Shown one piece after another: positions 15,365 to 28,253 of a DNA stretch of 64,000 nt. The stretch comes from Octopus vulgaris (Eukaryota). Every line of letters starts with the position of its first letter. Within the stretch, counting starts at the first letter, position 1. Location: positions 26,040,001 to 26,104,000 of the forward strand of contig OX597830.1 in the NCBI GenBank assembly GCA_951406725.2, read 5' to 3'. Position numbers and translations under genes: made by a program. The notes below the pieces were generated by a model. The model ran no database searches, was not told the DNA's origin, and was given only the letters and a program-made list of their open reading frames with translations.

Positions 15365-15911
15365 AAAAGAAGGAAAATGCCACACAGTTTATATAGTTCT
15401 AATATATTTTTTATATATTTTATAAGTGAAAGAATAGTGTTTGTCTGCCGGTTTCGCTTTAGTTAATCATGACATTGAAATTATTGTAATTTCCTATTTT
15501 CTTAAGAAGATTTTAGTTCATGTTGTGTGTGGAAATTTGACAGTTTGTGAATGAATCACGAAGTAGAAAATCTAAGGGGAGGTAATTCGTGATCGTTATA
15601 AATCGGGACAGGGGTGGTAATTGCTAATTATTTAGGAGGGGTGAATAAATATACATAAATATACAAAGGCTCAAAATGTAAAAAAGTGAGATGAAATATG
15701 TACAGTGATGGGTATGTGATCATGAATTAAATGATATACTTAGATCAAATTAGGTTATGCTTTCACATTTGGGTGCTTTCTGTACTTTTCGATAAATAAA
15801 TTTTGTTTATTTAAACGCTCTTGTACAGAAATTGTTTCTTTAGCGAAAACTGTCAAAGAAATCTGAGGAATAATGTGATGATTAGCGACTGGTACATTTT
15901 CCTTTTTAGCG

Positions 15912-15915
<4 letters not shown>
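15365..15915 (-). mobile_element. Penelope-like element 3' fragment (GIY-YIG C-terminus plus pseudo-LTR)
   Basis: QERLNKQNLFIEKYRKHPN resembles the PLE endonuclease end at 11640-11700. Carries a degenerate hammerhead at 15442-15474 (tgtc ATGATTA actaaagc GAAA ccgg CA gaca). Confidence 0.65.
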
Positions 15916-15958
<43 letters not shown>

Positions 15959-15971
15959 TACTGTCAAAGAA

Positions 15972-16017
<46 letters not shown>

Positions 16018-16199
16018 ATACAAACTGGGACAAGAACGCAAAACATTTAGAAGACGATACAAAAACACGGACGGGACATTCGAAGCCTTCAATCTTCAGT
16101 CAAGAACCGGATCATCCTCATATATATATATATATATATACATATATACGTGTGTGTGTGTATGTGTATATGTATAAATACATAAATATATCTTCTGTC

Positions 16200-16700
<501 letters not shown>

Positions 16701-16748
16701 ACTTTAATAAAGATACATGGAAAAATAAACATATTTTTAAGCTGACGT

Positions 16749-17073
16749 TAAGAGCACTCCCTCGGTTGCCACGACGAGGGTCCCAGCTGATACGATCAAC
16801 GGAACAGCTTGCTCGTGAAATTAACGTGCAAGTGACTGAGCACTCCACAAACACGTGTACCCTTAACGTTGTTCTCAGGGAGATTCAGCGTGACACAGAG
16901 TGTGACAAGGCAGGCCCTTTGAAATACAGGTACAACTCAGTTTTGCCAGCTGAGTGGACTGGAGCAACGTGAAATAAAGTGTCTTGCTAAAGGACACAAC
17001 GCGCCGCCGGGAATTGAACTCACGACCTTACGATCATGAGCTGATTGCCCCAACCACTAATCCACGGGCCTTC
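16749..17073 (-). mobile_element. tRNA-derived SINE family C with TSD
   Basis: A/B-box tRNA head and central gtgtcctttagcaagacactttatttcacgttgctccagtccactcagctg. Flanked by a 10-bp TSD aagctgacgt (16739-16748, 17074-17083). Confidence 0.9.
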
Positions 17074-17474
17074 AAGCTGACGTAGCTTATTCAAACATTC
17101 ATAACGTGACCGATTGTTATTGCCTGTAATTTTGCATGAGGTTATGGGATGGGGTAAACGGCGAAATACATAATAAATCCGTGTGGGTATATGACGGCGG
17201 TTGGCCAGAGAGTCTACTATCTTAAACGATCACATTTTAAGCGACTCTATTGATTTTTTAATCTTTGAGAGTTATGGTGATTTGTGGTGATGATGGTTGT
17301 AGGTTCTGAAAGATGTGATGTAGAAGCGTATGAGCAGGATGGTTAATAGAACAACAGCAACAACAACAACAACAACAACAACAGCAACAACAACAACAAC
17401 AACAACAACAACAACGGTTAAATTCCAAAAAGTTTTCATTCATTTGCTCTTTAGAAGATATCTTTATATATAGT

Positions 17475-17950
17475 TATATATGTATGTGTTTGTGTGTGAT
17501 TGTATGGATGTGTGCGTGTGTATGTGTGATTGTGTTTGTGTGCGTGATTGTATGCTAGTGATTGTGTGTGTGGCTGTGTGTAATTGTGCGTGCGTGTTTG
17601 TGTGTGTGATTGTGCATGTGTGATTGTGCATGTGTGATTGTGCATGTGTGATTGTGTGTGCTTCTGTGTGTGTGATTCTGTGTGCGTGATTCTGTGTGTG
17701 TGATTATGTGTGTGTAATTATGTGTGTGTGATTGCGTGTGTATAATTGTGTGTATGATTGTGTGTGTGATTGTGTGTGATCGTGTGTGATTGTGTCTGTG
17801 TGATTGTGCCTGTGTGCTTGTGTTTGTGTGTGTGATTGTGCATGTGTGATTGTGTGCTTGTGTTTGTGCATGTGTGATTGTTCATGTTTGATTTTGTGTG
17901 TTAGATTGTGTGTACGTGTGTGTGTGTGTGTGTGTATGTGCGTGTGTGTA
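17475..17950. repeat. Degenerate (tgtgtgattg)-type satellite
   Basis: Repeated tgtgatt(g/c)tg motifs within a GT-rich tract. Confidence 0.8.
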
Positions 17951-18017
17951 CTCAATCCATATGCATTTATTATCGCTGTAAAATTAGGCTCTTTGGTGGA
18001 TCTTTGCTTGTTTTTAG

Positions 18018-18132
18018 GAGATTGTTGGGGATGATTGAGCAATATGGTTCCATGTTTCATCAAGATTGCCTGGTCTCAATCTGTCCCCATGTTGCCGAAA
18101 TATACAAGCAAAAGGTTATTAATCCAATGTAA
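18018..18132 (+). CDS. Candidate orphan (terminal?) coding exon, unknown product
   Basis: Pyrimidine-rich acceptor tctttgcttgtttttag followed by a non-repetitive open frame RLLGMIEQYGSMFHQDCLVSICPHVAEIYKQKVINPM*. No family recognised. Confidence 0.25.
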
Positions 18133-18539
18133 ACAAGTTTGTGTCTAGGCACAAACTCATTCATACAAAAGTATGAGTTCATTTAGTGCGAGATGAAAAG
18201 GAGAAAAAAGTAAACGTAAAAGAAGACTAGAACGAAGAGGAAAGGTGGAGGAGAATTTGGAGGAGAAGTAGGATTGAGATAAGTGATCGAAGACAAAAGT
18301 TAGGAAATGAAGATGATAATCTTCGCAGAAGCAGAGGCAGAAAAATAGAAGATAAATAAATCAATGAGCAAAGAAATTAATAAGTAAGAAAGAAAGAAGC
18401 AAAGAAATAACAGAAAAAGAAAAAGAAAAAAAGAAAAAGATGACTAGAGAAGATTAAAAGAAAGGATAAAGGAGGAGAAAAGAGAGAGGAGGAGATGGTC
18501 AGGCAAGTTAGCTTCTATGATCAGCTCTCCTTAGATAAA

Positions 18540-18725
18540 CTAACCAATCAGCGATAAACAATCAACGAAATATCAGTGGACAACGACTTTGTCATAAGTG
18601 CGCGGAAGTTAAAGTGCTTGACATTTAAATGTCAAATGTCAAAGATTAAATGTCAAACACACTGTCACTTCAATTAGTTGGTGTTGTTCTTGGTGTTTTT
18701 GTTAGTGTGAATGGGGCACGTGGTG
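18540..18725. promoter_or_regulatory. Candidate cis-regulatory cluster
   Basis: CCAAT (taaccaatca), ETS-like cggaagt, a perfect 18-bp palindrome ttgacatttaaatgtcaa (18618-18635), several TGTCA sites and an E-box cacgtg, all in unique DNA. Confidence 0.3.
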
Positions 18726-20458
18726 GTAGATTTTAACCCCCCGAGTTTAACCGTAATTCGGTAAACCTATGATAAAAATAAAGACGCTATAACCGTTACC
18801 ATGTTTGCATAACTGGGTCTATATAGTTTAACGTATCCTTCTTTACATATGAGAAATATAGCTGCTGTTTCTAACAGATCAGTGTCCGGTCATTTCCCGG
18901 CCCTTCGCTCCAGTTGCAACTCGTACCTACAGAGTCACTTATTGAATCACTCCCTCGCAACTCAATGATTCACTGAGTAAATATGTAGTCTATCAGGCAG
19001 TATTTGTCAATTGAATATCGACAATTTATCAGTATTAAAATATCTCTTACTGAACCGCTTCGTCATACCACAATCAGCTGAACTTGTTCTCATTGTCTTT
19101 AATTTCTCCTGTTGTGATTTATACCTCCATAAAATGGAGTGTGCTCGTTTATTAAGGATTTTCAGTAGGTGGAACCCTTTAATATAATGGGCTTCGTCTC
19201 ACTCTTAACCATGTGAAAGAAAGAAAAAAAAAAAGAAAAGGAAAGAAATAAAGAGTTCACTTTTTGATGACCAATGAAACGATTCGTCTCTCGTCCGGCT
19301 TCAGTCACTGTCTCAGCTCTACACCTTTCCCTCCTCATTTCCTCTTTCACTGTTTAACTTACTGCTTTATTGTTCCTCTTTTCTTTATTCTGTGTTTATT
19401 GTTCGTTTTCTTTTCTTTCTTTTTCCTTCGTTTTCTTTCTTTCTTTCTTGCTTTCCAACCTTGCTCTGAAAGTTAGCCTCATTTGTGTATGATCATGTGT
19501 AATTCATTCTGTATGAATTCTAGTTTGCTTTATTTCTCTTGCTCCTTGCTCTCCATTCTTCTGCTTCTTCATTCTTAATTGCATTCCCCCTCCTCCTCCT
19601 CCTCCTCCTACTACTACTACTACTACTCCACCTCCTCCTCCTTCTCTTAACTCTTGCTCGTTTCCCACCCTTCTCTAGTTTCGAGGTTCTACTGCATTGT
19701 CCTCTTACAAAACTTGTCCTTGTTTTCTTCCAATGGTTTTGCTTTAAACACACACACACTCAAATAAAACACACTTCACACAGACCACACACATCCACAC
19801 ACACACATGCATCAACCCACGCACTGACGCAAACTTGAACCGGTAAAAATGTGCACATAAACACCCACTCGTTATGCTGTCAAATGAGCTATAGCTTTTA
19901 TTTAATTAAGCTATACACACAAAAACAAAAATAATAATAACGAAGACCCAGTTTGTGTTAACGAAAGATTTATTCGGTTAAATTCATGAGGGCGACAAAC
20001 GCTAGTCAACTCCTTCTAGAATAGAAAGCCCGCTGAACCGAAAGTCGACTTCGCTGCAGGCCAGCTCTCTAGCTAGCTCGCAGTGAATTTCCTGTCTATA
20101 GTTCGTCTGTCAAACACATACACATGCACAGACACGCGCGCACTGCCCAACAAATATGCAGTGCCCTACATATAGATCTCCCCCCAAACTGTTGACCTGT
20201 CATTGAAACTGGGAAGGCGTTTTAACTGCCTTCAAGAAGATAGCGAAAGTGGCGGTCACCTAGATGAACAGCCCGCAGCGAAGTTCCTTCTACCGTTCAT
20301 CTGTCAGAAATCCTTGGGCAGTGCCCTACAATACGCTAATTTATCAAAATATACAATGCAACAGCCGTATGATTAGACATCGAAGGTCAGTTTAAAACCT
20401 TCCAGATTCTGTGACACCAGTGCCACTCTTTACCGTTCTTTTATATTTACAAAGACAT

Positions 20459-20830
20459 GTGGAGGCGCAATGGCCCAGTGGTTAGGGCAGCGGACTCGCG
20501 GTCATAGGATCGCGGTTTCGATTCCCAGACCGGGCGTTGTGAGTGTTTATTGAGCGAAAACACCTAAAAGCTCCACGAGGCTCCGGCAGGGGATGGTGGT
20601 GTCCCTGCTGTACTCTTTCACCATAACTTTCTCTCACTCTTACTTCCTGTTTCTGTTGTACCTGTATTTCAAGGGGCCGGCCTTGTCACTCTCTGTGTCA
20701 CGCTGAATATCCCCGAGAACTACGTTAAGAGCGCACGTGTCAGCCACTTACACGTTAATTTCACGAGCTGGCTGTTCCGTTGATTCGGATCAACTGGAAC
20801 CCTCATCGTCGTAACCGACGGAGTGCTTCC
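20459..20830 (+). mobile_element. tRNA-derived SINE family C with TSD
   Basis: tRNA head ggcgcaatggcccagtggttagggc...ggtttcgattccc. 10-bp TSD acaaagacat (20449-20458, 20831-20840). Confidence 0.9.
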
Positions 20831-21326
20831 ACAAAGACATATTCCCGGTACGGGTGTGGATGTATGGTTAAGAAGTTCTCTCCTCAACTTTCCTGCACTC
20901 AGGTTTGGTCCCACTATATGACATATTCGTCTAATGTCTGTCACTGCATCAGATTGACCAATACCTTGTGACTGAAACTGGTCGACAGAAACTAAGTCAA
21001 GTGAACGCACCATACACACACTAACATACACACACACAGATGTGCGCGTGTACGAGTGTCTGGTTATGACAGTGTATGTGTCTGTCTAAATGGTTTTCCT
21101 TGGCGTCTGCTTTTATCTCACCTAAATTGCGGGTCGACGAAAGAAAATCGCTAAAATAGGTGCTGATATGGTTATGTATCTTAGAAATTCGTTTTGTAAC
21201 TACGTGGTTTAAGTTCGGTCCGACCTCGCAGCACCTTTTTCAAGTGTGTTATTTTATAATCCCGGTTCGACTAATGTCTTGTAAGTGTATTTAGCAGACT
21301 GAAACTGTGCGAAAGCCCATCGTAAG

Positions 21327-21376
<50 letters not shown>

Positions 21377-22029
21377 ACACACATGTATATGCGTGTTTAT
21401 AAGTATATGTCTTTGTGCTTTTTTCCCTTCCCGAATGCTTCACATTTGATGCTGCTTCTTTATGTGTCCATAACTTAGCAGTCCGGTAAAGTAGACCGAT
21501 AGAATAGTTACCAAATTTAAAATAATTACTTTAAAATAATTACTGGGGGTCATTTGGTCGACTAAAATTTTCAAGGCCACAGTCGAATGGCTGAAACTAG
21601 TAAGAGAACAGAGAATAAATTAAGTAGGGATAACATTTCTTCTTGATTTTGCCCTAGTATGGTCGGATTCCACCGCATGAAACTAGTACAAGAGCAAAGG
21701 AGATAGTCTGAAAGACAGTATTATTAAATATACTGTTCATGTATGAAGTGATTAAGAATGTATTTCTGTATCTCATTCATAAAAACTAAAATCAGAAGAG
21801 AGGGGAAAAGGGAAAAAGATGAGTAATCAATTTATGTTTTTTTATGTAAACAGGACACCATACATTTTGGGAGAGGAATATTCAGTTGTATTGATTGAAG
21901 CACTGCTTTTATTTCCTCGAGATCTGTTACTCCGTTTCTATGGCGTATGAACGAGCGAGGTTATAAGACTCCCTCTGAAAAGGATGTCGGTCACTGCAGT
22001 GTTCACGGCCAGGAATTTTGAGCGTTTGG

Positions 22030-23470
22030 GGAGCAAATCGATTACAACGAGCCTAGTACTTGACTGATCCTTTATTTCATTGGTCTCGAAGAGATAATCT
22101 GCGTGAGTTGAATTCAGAAATTGAATAGCCGGATGTAAAACTGATAAGCATTTTGTTCGACGCAGTAACGATTCTGCCAGCTCACTGCTTTGTGCAGTAA
22201 AAAACTGGTGCTTTTTTTTTTATCGAAACCAGAAGGATAAAAAGCAAAGTGGAATTTGGCAGGATTTGAACTCATAACACAATTGACCGTAAAGAAATAC
22301 AACAATATATTTTGTCTGATGCTTTACCGATTCTTTCAAGTACTGCTGCTACATTCTGAGTCCAAATTCTGCCAAGGCCGACTTTGCCTGTCATCCTTTC
22401 TAGGTCGATAAATTACGCCTATAGTAGAAAGGTTCCTTTCAAGCACTAGCAATGGCTTCAAATTTTGGGACAACACCTATAATTTCACGGACGTGTGTAA
22501 GTCGATTACTTTGGCCCCGGTATTCAGCTGGTACTTATTTTATTGACCCCGAAAGGATGAAAGTTAAAGTAAACAGCGGCGGAATTTGAACTCAGAACGT
22601 AAAGATGGATAAATTTTCACTAACCATTTTCCCTGGCGTTCTAACGATTCTGCCGGCTCGCTGCTTTACATTCTAACAATGGTAGTGATTTCAAGGTGAA
22701 GTGCATGGCTTAGTGGTTAAGGCATTCGGCTCACGATTGTAAGGTCGTGAGTTCAATTCCCGGCGACGCGTTTTGTCCTTGAGCAAGACACTTTATTTCA
22801 CGTTGCTCCAGTCCACTCAGCTGGCAGAAATGAGTAGTACCGGTATTTCAAAGACCGGTCTTGTTACACACTGTGGCACGCTGAATCTCCTTGAGAACTA
22901 CGTTAAGGGTACACGTGACTGCGGATTGTTCAGCCACTTGCGCGTTAATTTCACGAGCAGACTGTTCCGTTGTTCGTATCAGCTAGGACCCTCGTCGTCA
23001 TAAGCGACGGAGTACTCCTCCAGTGATTTCAAAATTTAGCACAAGGCCAGCAATTTCGGGGTAAGCGTAAGTCAGTGATATCGACTTTAGTGATTAACTG
23101 CTACTTATTTTATCTACCCCGAAAGGATAAAAGGCAACGTCGACTTCAGCGGACTTTGAACGTAAAAACGAACAAGACGCCGCCAAACATTTTGCCCGGC
23201 GTGCTAACGATTCTGCCAACTCGACGGCAAGATCGGATGTAAGTTGATTACATAAACCCCCAGCTCTTATGTTATAGACCTTGAAAGAATGAAAAGTGAA
23301 GTCGACTCAGAATGTAAAGAGTTGTAAGAAATACGGCAAAGCATTTTGTCCGACTCGCTTAGCAATTTTGTCAGCTCATCCCTTCAAACAAAGGTATTAA
23401 TGGTACTTATTTTATTGAACCATAAAAAAATGATTTGGCAAAGTCGCCCTTGGCAGGGCTTGAACCTAAT
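22030..23470 (-). mobile_element. Cluster of diverged SINE family B (Nin/Deu-like domain) copies
   Basis: Repeated ggtacttattttatcgaccccgaaaggatgaaaggcaaagtcgac...ggaatttgaactcagaacgt...aacgattctgccagctc segments. Confidence 0.7.
22695..23021 (+). mobile_element. tRNA-derived SINE family C with TSD
   Basis: tggcttagtggttaagg...gagttcaattccc head. 11-bp TSD agtgatttcaa (22684-22694, 23022-23032). Confidence 0.9.
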
Positions 23471-24763
23471 AACGCCGAAAGAAAATCAGAGACGTATCTA
23501 AATGCTGCATTCACAGTCATTATATTCATAATTATGCCTGAAGTATTAATTAGTAATAAAAAAAAGAAGAAAAAAACAAAACAACGAAAGGACCAACACT
23601 TTTAGAAAATACAATTGGAGTACTGTCAATGATGTTGCGTGGTGATCTCGTAATTATATTGCAAATAAAAGATTTGTTTCAAAAAAACTCTACAGAAACC
23701 TTCAACACTGGAGAAAACAAAAGAGAGCAAACATCGTTTAAAAGTCACGAAGGAGTGGTCCATGGAAAGGAGTTGATTGTTGTTGGACTTGTCTATCATT
23801 CATGGTTTTCGTGGTTAGCTATACTGGAGATTAAGTGAAAATGTGGTTGGTGTTAATTTATTTACACGGAAGAAACAAAAAGGTATAATGACGCTATTGG
23901 GCAAAATCAACAGGAATTCTTATACAAAAGATGCTTTTTGCTATAATGCTGCCAGATATGAAACTGTAACCGGAAATTAAAACATGTAAGTAAATAAATA
24001 AATTATTTAAAAAAAATTAACAAAAATGGAATGTTTTAAAAGTTAAAAAATATAAATGATTTACATGAGAGATAAAAAAAATTGTTGATGAGAAAGATCG
24101 TTAATAAGAGTAAAAGAAATGTATATGTAAATGAATTTCATTTATTAATGAAATAGTTTAACAATGAGGACATCGGGAACAAAGGCAAAATTCTCATTAG
24201 CAGGAAAAAATAAAACAAATTATAAATATGTTCAACAACAACAACAACAACAGCATCTATAATTAAAAGCAACAAAAGAATACCATGACTCTCATTAACA
24301 ATCTATCCTCAACTTCATGATGTCGATAATAATGATGATGATGATGATGATGACGACGACGACTATGATCATAACGATGATAATGATAATCATGATGATG
24401 ATGATTATGACCATGATCATCCTAATTATCATCATCATCATCAATAGCCACAACAGCATCACATGTAGCATAATCAGTATCCTCATTGTCACTATTAGTG
24501 ATGAGACCTTAGAAATTATTATCAATGGTGACATGGGCGAAAATTTAGTCTACCATTCAAAATGGCGTACATGTAGTCATTAGTCCGTTGACTTTCCACA
24601 TACAAGATTCACCGGGGCGTACTTTGCCTTTTATCAACCCCTCTCCTGGCATAGATATCATCAAACCTCAAAGTACTTTCACACACACACACACACACAC
24701 ACACAAGCACACATATCCAACCACCCACCCACACAGACACACACACACACACACACACACATA

Positions 24764-25158
24764 TCTTTATATATAAAAGTGAAGTTGTGTGTCTGTCTCC
24801 TACGATTTAGATTCCTAACTACTCCCACATTTTGCGGTGCAGTTTAACCAAAACCGGGTATCTTATAGTCGTGATTCATATCGAGCTCTTCTGGGTATTA
24901 GCGCGCGTCTACGATGAGTCTACGATTTAAAAAAAATTTACCATCATTTTTTTCCATTTTAATGCATTTTTTCGCTATTATATAAGGGAAGTAACTCTCT
25001 AAAAATGTCTACGATGAGTCAACGATTTAAAAAAAAGTTTACCATCATTTGTTTTCCATTTTTAATGCATTTTTTGCTATTTTTTGGCTATAACTCTCTA
25101 AAAATGCTTATATAGTTATTTCCCTTACAAACCCGAGCAACGCCGGGCGATACTGCTA

Positions 25159-25159
<1 letters not shown>
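24764..25159 (+). mobile_element. Non-autonomous Helitron
   Basis: 5' TC after A, subterminal hairpin cccgagcaacgccggg, 3' CTAG before T, no TSD. A second copy lies at 58390-58766. Confidence 0.85.
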
Positions 25160-25226
<67 letters not shown>

Positions 25227-25604
25227 TGGCAGGTATGACACGTTACCAAATAATTTGGGCTTGTAAAACATTTCCACATCCGACTCCGGTTCCCAATGAG
25301 GTTTGAAGACATCATTCATATAGCTGACCAGGAAGACATAACAAATCAGCTGTATGAACGTATACTAATGTATACCAAGCTCTGGCCACGTTATATATAT
25401 AAATAGATTCACCGAGGCAGAAAAAGTAATTAGTGTTTTTAAGCATCGTATAATTATACGTAAGTTTTCTCATATCTTTTCCTGTTAATAACGAACAACG
25501 TGTTGATCGGCTTACGGAAATGTACCAAAAGCATGCGAAAACACGTGAATATCATATATAAGTTTAAAATAAGAATCATGTTTTCTGCGTTCCTAATTAA
25601 TATA

Positions 25605-25769
25605 GGCGTAGGAGTGGCTGTGTGGTAAGTAGCTTGCTTACCAACCGCATGGTTCCGGGTTCAGTCCCACTGCGTGGCACCTTGGGCAAGTGTCTTCCAC
25701 TATAGCCTCGGGCCGACCAAAGACTTGTGAGTGGATTTGTCAGACGGAAAGCGAAAGAAGCCCGTCGTA

Positions 25770-25821
<52 letters not shown>

Positions 25822-25822
25822 C

Positions 25823-25880
<58 letters not shown>

Positions 25881-26060
25881 GTATGCTTGTTTGTGCTTGT
25901 ACCCCCAACATCACTTGACAACCGATGCTAGTGTGTTTATGTCCCCGTAACTTAACGATTCGACAAAAGATAGAATAAGTAGTAGGCTTACAAAGAATAA
26001 ATCCTGGGGTCGATTTGCTCCACCATGGCCACAGTCAAATCACTCAAACAAGTAAAAGAG
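25605..26060 (+). mobile_element. tRNA-derived SINE family A, full length
   Basis: ggcgtaggagtggctgtgtggtaag (A box)...ggttcagtccc (B box)...caccttgggcaagt core, internal (TA)n(GT)n, conserved 3' half. Confidence 0.9.
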
Positions 26061-26391
26061 TAATATATATATATATATGTGTATGTGTGCTGTGTGCGTG
26101 TACACACGTATACACACACACACACACACACAGACACACACACACACATATCATAAGTGTTTCAGTACCATAAAATATACCCATTGAATTCAAGAGCTAA
26201 ATATTTAACGCATTATTAAACTCCAATATATCATTACAATGCAAAATATATGTAGTGAATTTGAATATATGAATTGGCCAAAGTTAATATCCAGAGTAAC
26301 AGAAAAAAAATCTTGACAGCTGTTTCATAACTTCATTCTAAATTCTACGGCTGTTTCAACAGCTAAGTACAGATCATCATCTAAATACATA

Positions 26392-26473
<82 letters not shown>

Positions 26474-26639
26474 AATTAGTTAATTTAAATGAGACGGATA
26501 AACGGATTCATCATGAGATAACACTGACATGTGGAAATCAAAACAGCGTTGCTATTTTAAATATGGCACTGAGCACATGTCAAACAGTGTGTGTACGTAT
26601 GTATGTATGTATGTATGTATGTCTATATATACATATGCA

Positions 26640-26675
<36 letters not shown>

Positions 26676-26713
26676 TACAACAACCCTCAAAACATATATA
26701 CATAGATAACTCC

Positions 26714-26928
26714 AAATTGAGAGAATGGAGCAAGTAAAATAAAATCTAAGATAAATGTTTCCTAGCTAGCAGATCATCAGGAGTAAAAATTACTCAGCAA
26801 GGTGTACTCCACTAGCTACTGGTTTTCGGCTAGTAGAGTTATCCTCGTTGAGCAATTATTACTTCCGAGGTTCTGCTGGTTAAGAAACATATGTAGCCTG
26901 GATTTTATCTGTTCCATTCACTCAAATT
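26714..26928. mobile_element. Fold-back / MITE-like hairpin (~215 bp)
   Basis: atgtttcctagctagcaga pairs with tctgctggttaagaaacat, aattactcagcaagg with cctcgttgagcaatt, and actccactagct with ggctagtagagt. Confidence 0.7.
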
Positions 26929-27084
26929 CGCATCCATAGCTACCCTAGTTGCTAACCGTGAACTATAAAAACAACGCTTTCCAACTTATCGAACTTATCG
27001 ATATAAACTATTATTGCCCCTGAAAGCTGTTTGTTATATCTACCAGGGACTGCTTGAAGCTTATTAACTTCCAACACCTAGATC

Positions 27085-27305
27085 TATTTCTTTACTACCC
27101 ACAAGGGGCTAAACACAGAGAGGACAAACAAGGACAGACAAACGGATTAAGTCGAAAATATCGACGCCAGTGCGTAACTGGTACTTATTTAATCGACCCC
27201 GAAAGGATGAAAGGCAAAGTCGACCTCGGCGGAATTTGAACTCACAGACGAAATACCACTAAGCATTTCGCCCGGCGTGCTAACGTTTCTGCCAGCTCGC
27301 CGCCT
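27085..27305 (-). mobile_element. SINE family B (tRNA head plus Nin/Deu-like domain)
   Basis: Reverse complement reads aaggcggcgagctggcagaaacgttagcac...gagttcaaattccgccgaggtcgactttgcctttcatcctttcggggtcgattaaataagtaccag. Confidence 0.85.
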
Positions 27306-27511
27306 TAAAACACCTAGATATCCTAGATCCTTGGATCGTATAACACACACACACACAAACACAGTAAACTACCTACTATCTGGTAACACTGCAGCCGGTG
27401 GGTTTCCGAATAAGTCGACTCCAGGACTAATTCTTTGTAAGCCTAGTACATATTCTATCGGTTCTTTTGCCGAACCGCTGCTTCATTAAGTTGGCAACAT
27501 ACCATCACTTT

Positions 27512-27601
<90 letters not shown>

Positions 27602-27619
27602 TTTTTTCTTTTATTTATT

Positions 27620-27775
27620 TGTCATTTGACTGCGGCCATGCTGGAGTATTGTCTTGAGTCGACAAGTACTAAGTACTAAGCTTTGTAAGCTTAGTACTTA
27701 TACTATCGGTCGGATGTAAACACACTTGCATCAGTTGTCAAACGATGTTAGGGGCCAAACACAGACACACAAACA

Positions 27776-27840
<65 letters not shown>

Positions 27841-27994
27841 GACGGGCTTCTTTCAGTTTCTACCAAATCCACTCACAAGGCTTTGGTCGGCCCGTGGCTA
27901 GAGAAGAACACTTGCCCAAGGTGCCACGCAGTGGGACTGAACCCAGAACCATGTTATTGTTAATCAAGCTACTTACCACAGAGCCACTCCTGCG

Positions 27995-27996
<2 letters not shown>
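27620..27996 (-). mobile_element. tRNA-derived SINE family A
   Basis: Reverse copy ending in ...gccactcctgcgcc (head). Confidence 0.8.
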
Positions 27997-28022
<26 letters not shown>

Positions 28023-28031
<9 letters not shown>

Positions 28032-28149
28032 GAAGGAGCTTCTACAGGACTAGTACTGTTTCATTCAAGAGAAATCTTCAGGAAGCTCTGAGCTTCCTGA
28101 AGATTTCTCTTGAATGATACTATCCTGTAGAAGCTCCTTCTATATAATA
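28023..28149. repeat. 127-bp near-perfect palindrome (PLE-type inverted pseudo-LTR)
   Basis: Arms 28023-28088 and 28090-28149 around a single central T. The right arm has a small deletion. Confidence 0.9.
28036..28088 (-). ncRNA. Type I hammerhead ribozyme with canonical core
   Basis: Minus strand reads gagcttc CTGAAGA tttctcttgaat GAAA cag tactagtc ctg TA gaagctc: 7-bp stem I, intact CUGANGA and GAAA boxes, closed stem III, GUA cleavage triplet. Confidence 0.8.
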
Positions 28150-28218
28150 AATTAATTTTACTCTGCTATGTATTGAGTACCTTACTTACTGTGGTTAACC
28201 CCGAATCAACCCGGGACC

Positions 28219-28253
<35 letters not shown>

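Noticed and set aside
20461-20535. tRNA gene
   Set aside because: It continues into a SINE body and is bounded by a TSD, so it is a SINE head. The same applies to the other SINE heads.
23885-23980. Possible SYT15 linker exon (LLGKINRNSY resembling GAINPELY)
   Set aside because: No convincing acceptor, the similarity is too short, and the frame closes.
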